A DNA stretch of 64,000 bases from an uncultured Gammaproteobacteria bacterium (GCA_964645655.1 CAZXZS010000001.1:478021-542020), one strand, 5' to 3'. Numbered from the stretch's first letter, positions 1 to 9,162 are shown. Notes: generated from the sequence alone by a model not told the origin. Numbers and translations are program-made.

Positions 1-196
1 CGCCCGCACGTTCCTGCTGACCCAGTCGGAAAAATATCTCCTGCTCGAATCGGGGGTCGGGGAGGGCATCTTCTTCGCCGGTCCCAAGCACGCGGCCATT
101 CAGATCGTCGCGTCATACCAGGAAGACCGGATCGTCACCACCAACCCGCAGCAGCTGCTCGAGCAGGAAGCCCGCAAGCGTGCCGCTGAAGCCTAG
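1..196 (+). CDS. 3' end of a gene truncated by the window edge; possibly VirB4/TraC-type secretion or competence ATPase C-terminus
   Basis: Frame 2 open from window edge to TAG 194-196 (...GVGEGIFFAGPKHAAIQIVASYQEDRIVTTNPQQLLEQEARKRAAEA). The tail resembles C-termini of VirB4-like ATPases from memory only. Too short for certainty. Confidence 0.35.
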   Translation, partial: ARTFLLTQSEKYLLLESGVGEGIFFAGPKHAAIQIVASYQEDRIVTTNPQQLLEQEARKRAAEA

Positions 197-205
197 CCTT
201 TCCTT

Positions 206-835
206 ATGAATTCCAAACGCCTCCTGTTCATCCTTCTCCTCATCGTCGCCTTGGTCGGAGCGGCCGCGACCGTCTATTTCCTGTTCTGGAAGCCCACGCG
301 CGAGGCGTTGCCGCCGGAGCCAGCCCCTGTCACCGGCTCATTGCCGACGGGGATTGATACGACCGTCGCGCCATCGCAGGCGATCCCGACGACGCCCGTT
401 GCCCCGCCTGCCGCCGACAGCCCTTCCGAACTTGAACGCAAGGCCCGCGAGGCCCTGTTCCGCCGTTCGCGTGACCTCACCTCACGCCTCGCGACCGCCT
501 CCAATGCCGACGGCTTTGCCGCCCTGACGCAGGTCTATGACGACGTGACGCCTGAGGTACGCGCCTTCCTCGAGGGCGAGCGCGCCCGTCTCAACCGCGA
601 GCACCCGGTCCCTGGTCCGACCTACGCCCAAACCGTCCGCGCCCTCGCGGCCCGCCTGACGCAAGACGCCGAGGTCCGCACCGCCAACGAGGTCGAGGTG
701 ACGGTTGACGTTCAACAATATACCGAACAGGGCGAGGCGAACGCGACGGTGTTGCGCCAAGCGCTCCTGCAACTGGTCCGAAACGGCTCCGTCTGGAAGA
801 TTTCGCGCGTGACGTGGCAGGACGTGGCCCTTTAG
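206..835 (+). CDS. hypothetical membrane-anchored protein with Pro/Ala-rich linker
   Basis: ATG 206. N-terminal hydrophobic helix LLFILLLIVALVGAAATVYFLFW. Codon third positions GC-rich as in neighbouring real genes. No recognisable domain. Confidence 0.55.
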   Translation: MNSKRLLFILLLIVALVGAAATVYFLFWKPTREALPPEPAPVTGSLPTGIDTTVAPSQAIPTTPVAPPAADSPSELERKAREALFRRSRDLTSRLATASNADGFAALTQVYDDVTPEVRAFLEGERARLNREHPVPGPTYAQTVRALAARLTQDAEVRTANEVEVTVDVQQYTEQGEANATVLRQALLQLVRNGSVWKISRVTWQDVAL

Positions 836-837
836 GC

Positions 838-1512
838 ATGGGATTCCTCGAAGAGGTCCTCTATCCGCCGGTTTGCATTGCCTGTGAACAGCCGGGGGAT
901 TGGCTTTGTTCGATATGCGCGCACGATATTCCGCATTTTCGGGCCCCGTTACCCGTGCCGCCGCTCCCATCGGGGCGTCCGTTGGCGCTTGGGCGCGTTT
1001 TTGCGGCCGCCCCATATGCGTCCGCACCCTGGTCCGCCTTGATTACGGCCATCAAATACGAGTCGTTTGCCGAAGCCGAGCCGATCATACGCGGTCGGTT
1101 GTGGGCGTACCGTGAAGCGCTCGATTCCGCGTGGCCGTTCGACGACGGGCGAGGTTGGACGATCGTTCCCGTCCCGACGAACCCTGACCATGTCGAAGAG
1201 CGCGGTGGCGATCACTTAGACGTGTGGGTACGGGCGATCCGAACGCTCCTTCCCGTGTCGGAGCTTCGCGAGGACCTCCTTTTGCGCCGTTCCGGAACGG
1301 CGGCGCATGCTTCACTCGCTTCCCCCGGCGCGCGTGAGGCCGAGATGGATCGGTCGGTGCAGGCAAGCGGTTCGGCTCCTGCCCGCATCCTCCTCCTCGA
1401 CGATGTCTATACGACGGGCGCGACCATGCAGGCCTGTGCCCAGGCCCTGAAAAACGCCGGCGCTCAGACGGTCGAGGCGTTCGTCGCGGCTGCCTCGTTC
1501 TCGCCGAGATAG
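838..1512 (+). CDS. comFC: ComF family protein (phosphoribosyltransferase-like competence protein)
   Basis: N-terminal zinc-finger-like CIACEQPGDWLCSICAHD. PRTase motif ILLLDDVYTTGATMQACAQAL. ATG 838 lies 2 nt after the upstream stop; the ORF-track start 814 is less likely. Confidence 0.8.
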   Translation: MGFLEEVLYPPVCIACEQPGDWLCSICAHDIPHFRAPLPVPPLPSGRPLALGRVFAAAPYASAPWSALITAIKYESFAEAEPIIRGRLWAYREALDSAWPFDDGRGWTIVPVPTNPDHVEERGGDHLDVWVRAIRTLLPVSELREDLLLRRSGTAAHASLASPGAREAEMDRSVQASGSAPARILLLDDVYTTGATMQACAQALKNAGAQTVEAFVAAASFSPR

Positions 1513-1727
1513 GTGAAGCGGGGTTGGAGGTGGCCATTCACTTCCACGGATTCCTGGAATGACGCGAGGGGGCGGACCCACCACGGACGGTTTCCAAATT
1601 CCGCAGAATCATAGAGCCCTTGGTAGATGACCAGGGGATCTTCCGTTTCCGAATGGTGGCCGAGGGCGGTGACGCGGTAGAGGTTGCCTTTGTAGTGGCG
1701 GTAGATGCCGAGGGGGAGGGAGGGCAT
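1464..1727 (-). CDS. DUF1653 domain protein
   Basis: GIYRHYKGNLYRVTALGHHSETEDPLVIYQGLY...RPWWVRPLASF matches the DUF1653 pattern. Convergent 49-nt overlap with comF. Confidence 0.7.
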   Translation of the reverse strand: MPSLPLGIYRHYKGNLYRVTALGHHSETEDPLVIYQGLYDSAEFGNRPWWVRPLASFQESVEVNGHLQPRFTYLGENEAAATNASTV

Positions 1728-1930
1728 AGGTACGCATGATATCAGGTGCGACGCGTCGAGAGGTGGGGCGCAAAGCGCCTCCCTAGGTTGGTGGGTCCGC
1801 CGCCACTTTTTTCCGTGTTTCTATTAGCAAAAAAAGAAGAGCCGCCAACATGGGTTGGCGGCCTGGGGTGCGTGTCCGTCGGTTATTGGGGCGGTGCAGG
1901 GCACGAAGGCGACTGCCGCCTATCATCGGA

Positions 1931-3418
1931 TCACGCGAAGTAGAGAGGAGCCTCCTTCCCCGCGGCCACGAGGATGTTGTCGTCGGGATATTCCTCCAGC
2001 ATCTCGCGGATGAGGGCGGCGAGCCCCCCTTTCGTCTTGATGGCCTCATCGATGACGGCTCCCCACATGTCCAGGGAGTTCCCCCTGAAGTCGATCGATT
2101 CCGTCTTGAGGCCGGCGTGATTGGCGACCCGTTGCGCGCTCCTTTCGGACGGATAGAGAAGCGCGCCGACCCCGCAGAGGGCCTTCTTCAGCCCATTGCC
2201 GCTGGTGAACGTCAGCTCATTGCTCGGGGCGGCCTTGGGCTCAGGGGCGGGGAACGCGTTCAGGCACGCCTGTAGTTTCGGGTTCGAGACATCGGCCCTG
2301 TAGGCTCCGCGCACCAGCACTTCGAGTGCGTTCTGGCGCTGGAAGTACTTGACGAGCGCAGTGCTGGCCTTCGCGACATCGTCCGATCGCCTGACGATGT
2401 TCTCGAGCCGGAGGCTCAGCTCGTACCATGCCATCAGCCGCAGTTTTTCCCAGGTTGGGAAGGCGTCCTGCAGCGCTTCCGCGATCGCTTGAGGGGTGAT
2501 CTTCTCCTCGGTTGCGGTCGAGGATCCCTCGCTCGCCGTCGCCCCCTCCTCCCGCCGCACGAGCTCCGCGAGGAGCTCGTCCTGCAGGTTGCGGCCCTCG
2601 CGGGCGGCGCGGCCCCGCTCGTTCTCGTACTCGTCGACCGCCTTCCTCCAGTTGGGGTCGGCCTTCGCGAGGTTGCGGTAGTCGCCGCCCGCCGCGCGCA
2701 TGGCGCTGGCCATCGCGAACGCGTCCTTGGCGGGGACGAGCTCCGGCCGCACGCGGGTGCGCACGAACCGGACGAAGGCCTGGGCGGAGGGGCCCTTGAG
2801 GGCGTCCTCCGTCCGCCAGCCGATGCCGGCCTCGTCCTCGCCCGCGCTGAGCGGCTTGCCGTCCCAGGGGGACAGCCAGCGCGCCTTGCGGGGCGCCACC
2901 AGGTCCTTTGGCTCGATCACGGCGAAGCCCTTGTACGTCTTGCCGGCGGGCCGGTCCTCGCCCTCGTCGAGGAGGGCGACCATGAGGTCCCAGGTGGCCT
3001 CGGCGTCCACCCTCTGCTCCCCGGTGTCGGGGTTGACGCTCGCGAGGAGGAACTTGAGCTTCTTCCCGGCGGCCTCGATGGCCTCCGGGCGCTTCTCGCC
3101 GCGCGCGAGCGCCCCGAGGAGCGCGCGCGGCTTCATCTTGGCGAAGCCCTCGTCCGGCTCGGCGTCGGGGGACGCCTGCGCCGCCGCGGCGCGGACGGCC
3201 TCGAAGGCCACCAGGGCCCCGGGGGGGACCTTGGCCGCGAGGAGCTGGGCCTCGCTGGCCCTGAGGAAGACCTCGAGGGTCCGGATGCCGCCGTCGTACA
3301 TCGCGCGGGCGATCGCGATGACCTCCTCCTCGTGGAACTCGGCGGCCTGGAGGGCTGCCGCGATCGGGACGAAGAGCTTCTCGTTCATGCGGAGGTCGGC
3401 GGGCCGTTCGATCTTCAT
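1931..3418 (-). CDS. hypothetical protein: duplicated N-terminal region plus two C-terminal effector-associated (EAD/death-like) adaptor domains
   Basis: Start MKIERP at 3418 preceded by AAGGAGAG. C-terminal IAEALQDAFPTWEKLRLMAWYELSLRLENI...ALVKYFQRQNALEVLVRGAYRADVSNPKL resembles EAD1. The second module is SLDMWGAVIDEAIKTKGGLAALIREMLEEYPDDNIL. Confidence 0.7.
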   Translation of the reverse strand: MKIERPADLRMNEKLFVPIAAALQAAEFHEEEVIAIARAMYDGGIRTLEVFLRASEAQLLAAKVPPGALVAFEAVRAAAAQASPDAEPDEGFAKMKPRALLGALARGEKRPEAIEAAGKKLKFLLASVNPDTGEQRVDAEATWDLMVALLDEGEDRPAGKTYKGFAVIEPKDLVAPRKARWLSPWDGKPLSAGEDEAGIGWRTEDALKGPSAQAFVRFVRTRVRPELVPAKDAFAMASAMRAAGGDYRNLAKADPNWRKAVDEYENERGRAAREGRNLQDELLAELVRREEGATASEGSSTATEEKITPQAIAEALQDAFPTWEKLRLMAWYELSLRLENIVRRSDDVAKASTALVKYFQRQNALEVLVRGAYRADVSNPKLQACLNAFPAPEPKAAPSNELTFTSGNGLKKALCGVGALLYPSERSAQRVANHAGLKTESIDFRGNSLDMWGAVIDEAIKTKGGLAALIREMLEEYPDDNILVAAGKEAPLYFA

Positions 3419-3472
3419 TGTGTCGTCTCTCCTTGGTTCCCTCGTTGTTGATCGGCCTTCCGGCCCGAGGCC
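2549..3472. repeat. 924-bp direct repeat, copy 1
   Basis: All three forward-frame and reverse-frame ORF translations are identical to copy 2 (offset 1315) except one position (3419 T versus 4734 G). Confidence 0.9.
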
Positions 3473-3659
3473 CCTGCGTCCCACGGGAGGTGGGGGGAAG
3501 GGGGCTCGGGAGGAAGATTTTTATTAAGCACCGCTTTTGACGATGCTTTCCCCTTTGGGATCCTCCGGAGAGAATCGCATAGGGGATTGGCGCCAGGTCG
3601 CCAGGGAAGACATGCGGCAAACGGCCGCTGCCTGGATGCGTGGTTGGATGGGGGTGAGG

Positions 3660-4733
3660 TCAGCCGGACAGTCCGGTCAGGTCCCGGTACCCTTGGTCCT
3701 TGAGCCATGCCATGAAGGTCACGAGTTCGATGATGCTGATGCCTGAGCTGCTGATCCGGGTGATGAGTTTGCGCTTGTGGTCGAACTCGAACGCAGCTCG
3801 GGTCCTGGCGCTGACCCCGGATTCCGCTCCCCAGGGCTCCGCCGCCCCCTGCGGCGGCACGCTCTCCCGCCGCACGAGCTCCGCGAGGAGCTCGTCCTGC
3901 AGGTTGCGGCCCTCGCGGGCGGCGCGGCCCCGCTCGTTCTCGTACTCGTCGACCGCCTTCCTCCAGTTGGGGTCGGCCTTCGCGAGGTTGCGGTAGTCGC
4001 CGCCCGCCGCGCGCATGGCGCTGGCCATCGCGAACGCGTCCTTGGCGGGGACGAGCTCCGGCCGCACGCGGGTGCGCACGAACCGGACGAAGGCCTGGGC
4101 GGAGGGGCCCTTGAGGGCGTCCTCCGTCCGCCAGCCGATGCCGGCCTCGTCCTCGCCCGCGCTGAGCGGCTTGCCGTCCCAGGGGGACAGCCAGCGCGCC
4201 TTGCGGGGCGCCACCAGGTCCTTTGGCTCGATCACGGCGAAGCCCTTGTACGTCTTGCCGGCGGGCCGGTCCTCGCCCTCGTCGAGGAGGGCGACCATGA
4301 GGTCCCAGGTGGCCTCGGCGTCCACCCTCTGCTCCCCGGTGTCGGGGTTGACGCTCGCGAGGAGGAACTTGAGCTTCTTCCCGGCGGCCTCGATGGCCTC
4401 CGGGCGCTTCTCGCCGCGCGCGAGCGCCCCGAGGAGCGCGCGCGGCTTCATCTTGGCGAAGCCCTCGTCCGGCTCGGCGTCGGGGGACGCCTGCGCCGCC
4501 GCGGCGCGGACGGCCTCGAAGGCCACCAGGGCCCCGGGGGGGACCTTGGCCGCGAGGAGCTGGGCCTCGCTGGCCCTGAGGAAGACCTCGAGGGTCCGGA
4601 TGCCGCCGTCGTACATCGCGCGGGCGATCGCGATGACCTCCTCCTCGTGGAACTCGGCGGCCTGGAGGGCTGCCGCGATCGGGACGAAGAGCTTCTCGTT
4701 CATGCGGAGGTCGGCGGGCCGTTCGATCTTCAT
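3660..4733 (-). CDS. paralog of 1931-3418 with identical first ~290 aa and an unrelated short C-terminus
   Basis: Start MKIERP at 4733 with the same RBS. Amino acids are identical to the neighbour up to ...LLAELVRRE. The tail then differs (...KRKLITRISSSGISIIELVTFMAWLKDQGYRDLTGLSG) and is encoded in a lower-GC stretch. Confidence 0.65.
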   Translation of the reverse strand: MKIERPADLRMNEKLFVPIAAALQAAEFHEEEVIAIARAMYDGGIRTLEVFLRASEAQLLAAKVPPGALVAFEAVRAAAAQASPDAEPDEGFAKMKPRALLGALARGEKRPEAIEAAGKKLKFLLASVNPDTGEQRVDAEATWDLMVALLDEGEDRPAGKTYKGFAVIEPKDLVAPRKARWLSPWDGKPLSAGEDEAGIGWRTEDALKGPSAQAFVRFVRTRVRPELVPAKDAFAMASAMRAAGGDYRNLAKADPNWRKAVDEYENERGRAAREGRNLQDELLAELVRRESVPPQGAAEPWGAESGVSARTRAAFEFDHKRKLITRISSSGISIIELVTFMAWLKDQGYRDLTGLSG

Positions 4734-4787
4734 GGTGTCGTCTCTCCTTGGTTCCCTCGTTGTTGATCGGCCTTCCGGCCCGAGGCC
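3864..4787. repeat. 924-bp direct repeat, copy 2
   Basis: See copy 1. Covers the 5' UTR, RBS and first ~290 codons of both paralogs. Confidence 0.9.
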
Positions 4788-4860
4788 GCTCCGCCCCACC
4801 GGGGTGGGGGGGAAGGGGCTCGGGGCGGGAGGGGTAGGAGAGGGTATAACCAGCTTAGAC

Positions 4861-4889
4861 ATGCTACCAGAAAAATGCCTTATTGTCAA
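4861..4889 (-). promoter_or_regulatory. sigma70-like promoter TTGACA-17-TAGCAT
   Basis: Minus strand reads TTGACAATAAGGCATTTTTCTGGTAGCAT. The -35 box lies inside the palindrome TATTGTCAATA (4881-4891). Upstream of 3660-4733. Confidence 0.5.
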
Positions 4890-5012
4890 TAGTTTAGCTT
4901 AAATTACAGTAAAATAGACATTTTGTAAGTTAAAAATAGACACGACGCAGGCATTTTAAGTGAAGCTCGACAGAGCCTTCTTTTTCGCCTAAATTTAGGT
5001 TTTTTACAAATA

Positions 5013-5045
5013 AAGAGGGTACCCACACAGGATGCCCTCTTTTTT
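5013..5045. terminator. hairpin terminator after the ABC operon (bidirectional shape)
   Basis: AAGAGGG...CCCTCTT followed by TTTTT on plus and TTTATTTGT on minus. Confidence 0.5.
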
Positions 5046-5067
5046 CCGTTCCGGCATTCTTTCCGCC

Positions 5068-6828
5068 TCAGCTCTCCCGCTTCCCCTGCATCAGCAGCTC
5101 AACTGCCTTCTTGAACGATCCCGCCTGCACGATCTCCCCCTCGTTCACGAAGAGGATCTCGTCGGCGCTTTGGATGGTGTTGAGGCGGTGGGCGATGATG
5201 ACCTTCGTGGTCGTGGCGGGCAGCTTGGCGAGGATCTCCTCGAGGAGCTGTTCCGTGACCGTGTCGATGTTGGCGGTGGCCTCGTCGAGGATGAGCAGGT
5301 CCGGTTCGCGCAAGAGCGCGCGCATGAAGGCGATGAGCTGCTTCTGGCCGAGGCTCAGGCTTTCCTGGCTGGCGCTCAGGGTCGTCGCAAGGCCTTCCGG
5401 GAAGCGTGCCAACAGGCCCTCGAGGTTCTTCCCTTTCAAGAGGGCAAGCAGTTCCTCATCCGTCGCCTTGGTGTACCGGTCGTGCCCGTACACGAGGTTG
5501 TCGCGGAGCGTGCCCGTGAAGAGGAACGGTTCCTGGAGGATGAACCCGATCTTCTTCGCGCGGGCGTCCGGCTCATACGAGCGGATATCGTGCCCATCAA
5601 GCCAGACCGTCCCTGCCGTCGCGTCATACAGGCGGGCCATCAGGGAAGCGGTCGTCGTCTTGCCGCCGCCGGTGGGGCCGACGAAGGCGTACGTCTTGCC
5701 GCGTTCGAGCGTGAACGAGACATGATGCAGCACCTCTTTCCCGTCCTCATACCGGAACGAGACGCCATCGAAGGCGAGGAGGGCTTTCGGGGCGTTCCCG
5801 GTCGGCGGTTCCTTCACCGTCTCCAGGTCCGACGAGAGGTTGAGGATGTCCGACACGCGATCCCAGCCCGCCAGCGCGACCTGCAGCGACGACCAGATCA
5901 TGGCGATCTGGCGGAACGGGCCATAGAACTGGTTGACGTAGAGGAGGAAGCTGATCACGAGGCCGAGCGTGAACTGGCCACGCGCGATCAGGGCCGCGCC
6001 ATAGCCGACGACCAGGAGCTGGGCGGCGTTGGCGGCCAGATCGTAGGCGGGGGCGAACACGCCGTTCGCGAAGCCGGCGCGCAGGGCGGTACGGAAGGTC
6101 TTGTCACCTGCCGCCTCGAAGCGCTTCTTGAGGTAGTCGCGGCGGTGGAAGACGGCCATGACCTTGAAGTTGTTGAGGTTCTCCTGGATTTCGGCGCTCA
6201 TCCCGCCGACGGCTTGGGCGCTGTCGGCATTGCGCCGCTTGACCCAGCCGGAAACGAGCTGCGTGAGGACGGTCGCGATGAAGGCCGGGGCCAAGGCCGC
6301 CGCCCCCAACCGCGGGCTGATGCTCAGGAAGAAGATGGCTGCGCCGATCATCACGAAGATGTTGCCGACGAAGCGCATGATGATTTCCGAGAAGAACTGG
6401 TTCAGCTTGTCGGTATCGTTGTTGATGCGCGAGATGAGGTCACCGGCCTTGTTCGCCTGGAAGAACCCGATCGGGAGGGCCTGCAGCTTGTTGAAGATCG
6501 CGTTGCGCAGGCGGAAGAGCGTCCGTTGCCCGACGCCGCCCATGACGATCATCTGGACGTAGTTGCTGCCGAAGCTCACGAGATAGACGCCGAGCAGGAG
6601 CGCGGAGATCCGCAGCACGCCGCCGAAATCCTTGGCTTGGACGTAGGTGTCGATCGCGTAGCCCACCAAAAGCGGGGCCACGAGGTTGAGGCCGGAGGTG
6701 AGGAGGATAGCGAGGATGGCGAAGGCGATCTTGCCCGTTTCGCCCTCCGCGAGGCGGGCAAGGGCCTTCACGCCTGCCCACGTCCCCCGGTTCGGCCGTT
6801 CGGCCGCGTTATTCAGCGCGTACTTCAT
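5068..6828 (-). CDS. ABC transporter permease/ATP-binding protein (exporter type)
   Basis: Six-TM N-terminal half. Walker A GPTGGGKTT, signature LSLGQKQ, Walker B LLILDEAT. ATG 6828 overlaps the upstream gene by 20 nt. Confidence 0.9.
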   Translation of the reverse strand: MKYALNNAAERPNRGTWAGVKALARLAEGETGKIAFAILAILLTSGLNLVAPLLVGYAIDTYVQAKDFGGVLRISALLLGVYLVSFGSNYVQMIVMGGVGQRTLFRLRNAIFNKLQALPIGFFQANKAGDLISRINNDTDKLNQFFSEIIMRFVGNIFVMIGAAIFFLSISPRLGAAALAPAFIATVLTQLVSGWVKRRNADSAQAVGGMSAEIQENLNNFKVMAVFHRRDYLKKRFEAAGDKTFRTALRAGFANGVFAPAYDLAANAAQLLVVGYGAALIARGQFTLGLVISFLLYVNQFYGPFRQIAMIWSSLQVALAGWDRVSDILNLSSDLETVKEPPTGNAPKALLAFDGVSFRYEDGKEVLHHVSFTLERGKTYAFVGPTGGGKTTTASLMARLYDATAGTVWLDGHDIRSYEPDARAKKIGFILQEPFLFTGTLRDNLVYGHDRYTKATDEELLALLKGKNLEGLLARFPEGLATTLSASQESLSLGQKQLIAFMRALLREPDLLILDEATANIDTVTEQLLEEILAKLPATTTKVIIAHRLNTIQSADEILFVNEGEIVQAGSFKKAVELLMQGKRES

Positions 6829-8569
6829 AGTGGTTGGTGCTTTGTTGGGAGGCGTGGATCTGTTGGTATTCCGGGGAAGAGGCAAGCAGTTCGCGGTGCG
6901 TGCCCGTGGCGAGGATCTCGCCTTCCATGAGAAGGATGACCTGTTCGTACCCTTCGACGGCCGCCAGCTTTTGCGTAACGGAAATGAGGGTGATGCCGGG
7001 GTAGTTCTCGAAGACGTTCTTCAGGATGCGCTGTTCCGTGGCGATGTCGACGCGGGCCGTGAAGTCGTCCAGGAGCAGGATCTTGGGGTTCAGGGCGAGG
7101 GCGCGGGCCAGCATGATGCGCTGCTTCTGTCCGCCGGAAAGGTTGAGGCCGCGTTCCGAGACCGGCGTATCGAGGCCTTCCGGCAGCGTTTCGATGAACC
7201 CTTGGAGTTCGGCGGTCTGGATGGCCTTCTGGAGGTCCGCTTCCGTGACCGTCTCGCTGAAGGCGATGTTCTCGCGCAAGCTTAGCTGGAAGAGAGCGCT
7301 GTCCTGGAACACGAAGCCGACCTGGCGCAGGAGCGAGGTCTTGTCATACGACGCGAGCGGCTGGCCATCGTAGAGGATCTCGCCGCCCGTCGGGGCGCTG
7401 AGGCCGGTGAGGAGCGTGAGAAGCTGCGTCTTGCCCGCGGCCGTGGGGCCGAGGATGGCGGTCTTGGTGCCCGGTTCGACGGTAAACGAGATGTCCTTCA
7501 AGATGGTCTTTTGGCCGATCGTGAGGGTGAGGCCCTTCACCTCCAGCCTGCCCTGCAGTTCGGAGACCCGCGTCCCTTCGGCCGGTTCCGCCGGACGCGT
7601 CAGGATCTCGCTCAGGCGTCCGTAGGAGGCGCTGGCACGTCCCATCAGGCTGCTCATGAAGCCGAGCATGAGGATCGGGAAGATGAGCATCGCGATGTAC
7701 CCGTTGAAGGCCGAGAGCGAGCCGAGCGTGATCTCGCCCGTGATGACGTAGTGCCCGCCCAGCAGGAGCACGATCAGGATGGCGACGTTCGAGAGGAAGG
7801 TCACGACCGGGATCAGGCTCGCGAACAGCCGGAGGATCTTGAAGCCGATGGTTTTCGCTTCCTCGTTGACCGCGAGGAACTTCTGCATCTCCTGGGCCGG
7901 CGCGTAGACGACGCGGATGAGGGTCGCGCCGAGGATGCTCTCGTTGATGACCTTGTTGAGGCGGTCGATGGCCTGTTGCGCGTTCTTGAACAGCTCGCCG
8001 ACGTTCGCGAAAATATAGCCGAACGCGCCCGCGATCACGGGCAGGACGGCAAGGACGGCCAACCCAAGCTTCCAATTGATATGGATGAGCAGGATGCTGG
8101 CGCCGATGATCATAAAGACCGACGAGACCATGGTCACGATCCCTTGCGCGACGAACATCTTGATCGAGTCGATGTCACCCGTGAAGCTGGTCATGAGGCG
8201 TGCGGCGCCGGTCTCTTGGACGTCGGCGTAGCTCTGGCGGGAGACGCTGCCGGCGAGGCGGTCGCGGAGATCCTTGGCGACGCGTTCCGAGAGGTAGGTC
8301 TGCGTCATGCTTTGGAGATACGCGAGGACGAAAATCAAGCCCGCGATGAGGGCGAACTCGCGCAGGTAGGCCGGCAGGATCAGCTGCCCCTGCGCGAACC
8401 GGTCGATCCCTTGGGCGACGAGCCGGGGGATGGTGAGGGTGAGCGCGTTGGCTGAGAGGGCAAAGCCGACGAGGAGGACGATGAGGCCACGATAGCCCTT
8501 CAATAAGCCAAAAACGGACGGTCCGGTCGGTTTCGGCTTGGCGGGGGAAGCGGTGCGTTTGGGAGGCAT
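6809..8569 (-). CDS. ABC transporter permease/ATP-binding protein (exporter type), heterodimer partner
   Basis: Walker A GPTAAGKTQ, signature LSGGQKQR, Walker B ILLLDDFT. ATG at 8569 (MPPKRTAS...) preferred over the longer ORF-track start. Confidence 0.9.
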   Translation of the reverse strand: MPPKRTASPAKPKPTGPSVFGLLKGYRGLIVLLVGFALSANALTLTIPRLVAQGIDRFAQGQLILPAYLREFALIAGLIFVLAYLQSMTQTYLSERVAKDLRDRLAGSVSRQSYADVQETGAARLMTSFTGDIDSIKMFVAQGIVTMVSSVFMIIGASILLIHINWKLGLAVLAVLPVIAGAFGYIFANVGELFKNAQQAIDRLNKVINESILGATLIRVVYAPAQEMQKFLAVNEEAKTIGFKILRLFASLIPVVTFLSNVAILIVLLLGGHYVITGEITLGSLSAFNGYIAMLIFPILMLGFMSSLMGRASASYGRLSEILTRPAEPAEGTRVSELQGRLEVKGLTLTIGQKTILKDISFTVEPGTKTAILGPTAAGKTQLLTLLTGLSAPTGGEILYDGQPLASYDKTSLLRQVGFVFQDSALFQLSLRENIAFSETVTEADLQKAIQTAELQGFIETLPEGLDTPVSERGLNLSGGQKQRIMLARALALNPKILLLDDFTARVDIATEQRILKNVFENYPGITLISVTQKLAAVEGYEQVILLMEGEILATGTHRELLASSPEYQQIHASQQSTNHYEVRAE

Positions 8570-8699
8570 AAAGGAATCCACGCATGATACACGGGTTAGG
8601 GGGTTTTGTCTAGTCGGACGGGTCACCCACCGAGGATGTGATGTTCGTCCAAAAAAAGTCGACCCATGAAAAAGGGCCGACATTTTTCCTGTCGACGGC

Positions 8700-9128
8700 T
8701 TAGCTGGCTTCCGCTTCCGCATGCCCCTTGAACCGGTCCAAGATCGCCTGCCAGCCCGCCCGTTGCATTTCGAGCGGGTTCTCCGTTTCCGGATCGAAGG
8801 TCTCGGTGACGAGGACGCCTTCCGGCGTCGCCTCGAAGGTCACGGTCACCTGGCGGCCGTCTGGCATCGCATAGGCGAGCTTCTGTTCGGGGACGACCTC
8901 CTGGTATGTGCCCGTGAAGTCGAAGCTCGCGCTGCCGTCGCGGGCGGCCATGGTGGCGCTGAACGTCCCGCCGGGGCGCACGTCGTTCGTCGCGGCCGGG
9001 CAGTGCCAGTCGTCGGAGGCGGCGTTCCAGGCCATGATGTGCTGCGGTTCCGTCCAGCAGGCCCAGGTGCGGGCGGGGGAGGCCTGTACGAGGGCTTCGA
9101 CGGTGATTTTGGGTTTCGGGTCGGTCAT
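8700..9128 (-). CDS. SRPBCC/AHSA1-like domain protein
   Basis: MTDPKPKITVEALVQASPARTWACWTEPQHIMAWNAASDDWHCP...FDFTGTYQEVVPEQKLAY is the typical Aha1/SRPBCC pattern. Internal ATG 9128 of ORF 8700-9770. Confidence 0.75.
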   Translation of the reverse strand: MTDPKPKITVEALVQASPARTWACWTEPQHIMAWNAASDDWHCPAATNDVRPGGTFSATMAARDGSASFDFTGTYQEVVPEQKLAYAMPDGRQVTVTFEATPEGVLVTETFDPETENPLEMQRAGWQAILDRFKGHAEAEAS

Positions 9129-9162
9129 ATGGTTTGTCGATAATCCGATTATGCAGATTATT

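Noticed and set aside
2549-4787. Diversity-generating retroelement (template/variable repeat) explanation for the 924-bp repeat
   Set aside because: The two copies differ at a single non-coding base rather than at adenine-specific positions. The repeat is far longer than TR/VR pairs, and no reverse transcriptase is present.
4911-4942. Short direct repeats AAAATAGACA as a possible mini-CRISPR
   Set aside because: There are only two 10-nt copies with a 12-nt spacer and no cas genes. This is better explained as phased regulator sites. No CRISPR array was seen anywhere in the window.
5032-6930. 632-aa ORF antisense to the ABC transporter gene
   Set aside because: Typical high-GC antisense open frame (Arg/Gly/Glu/Leu/Asp-rich, no motifs). 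The opposite strand carries unambiguous Walker and ABC signature motifs.
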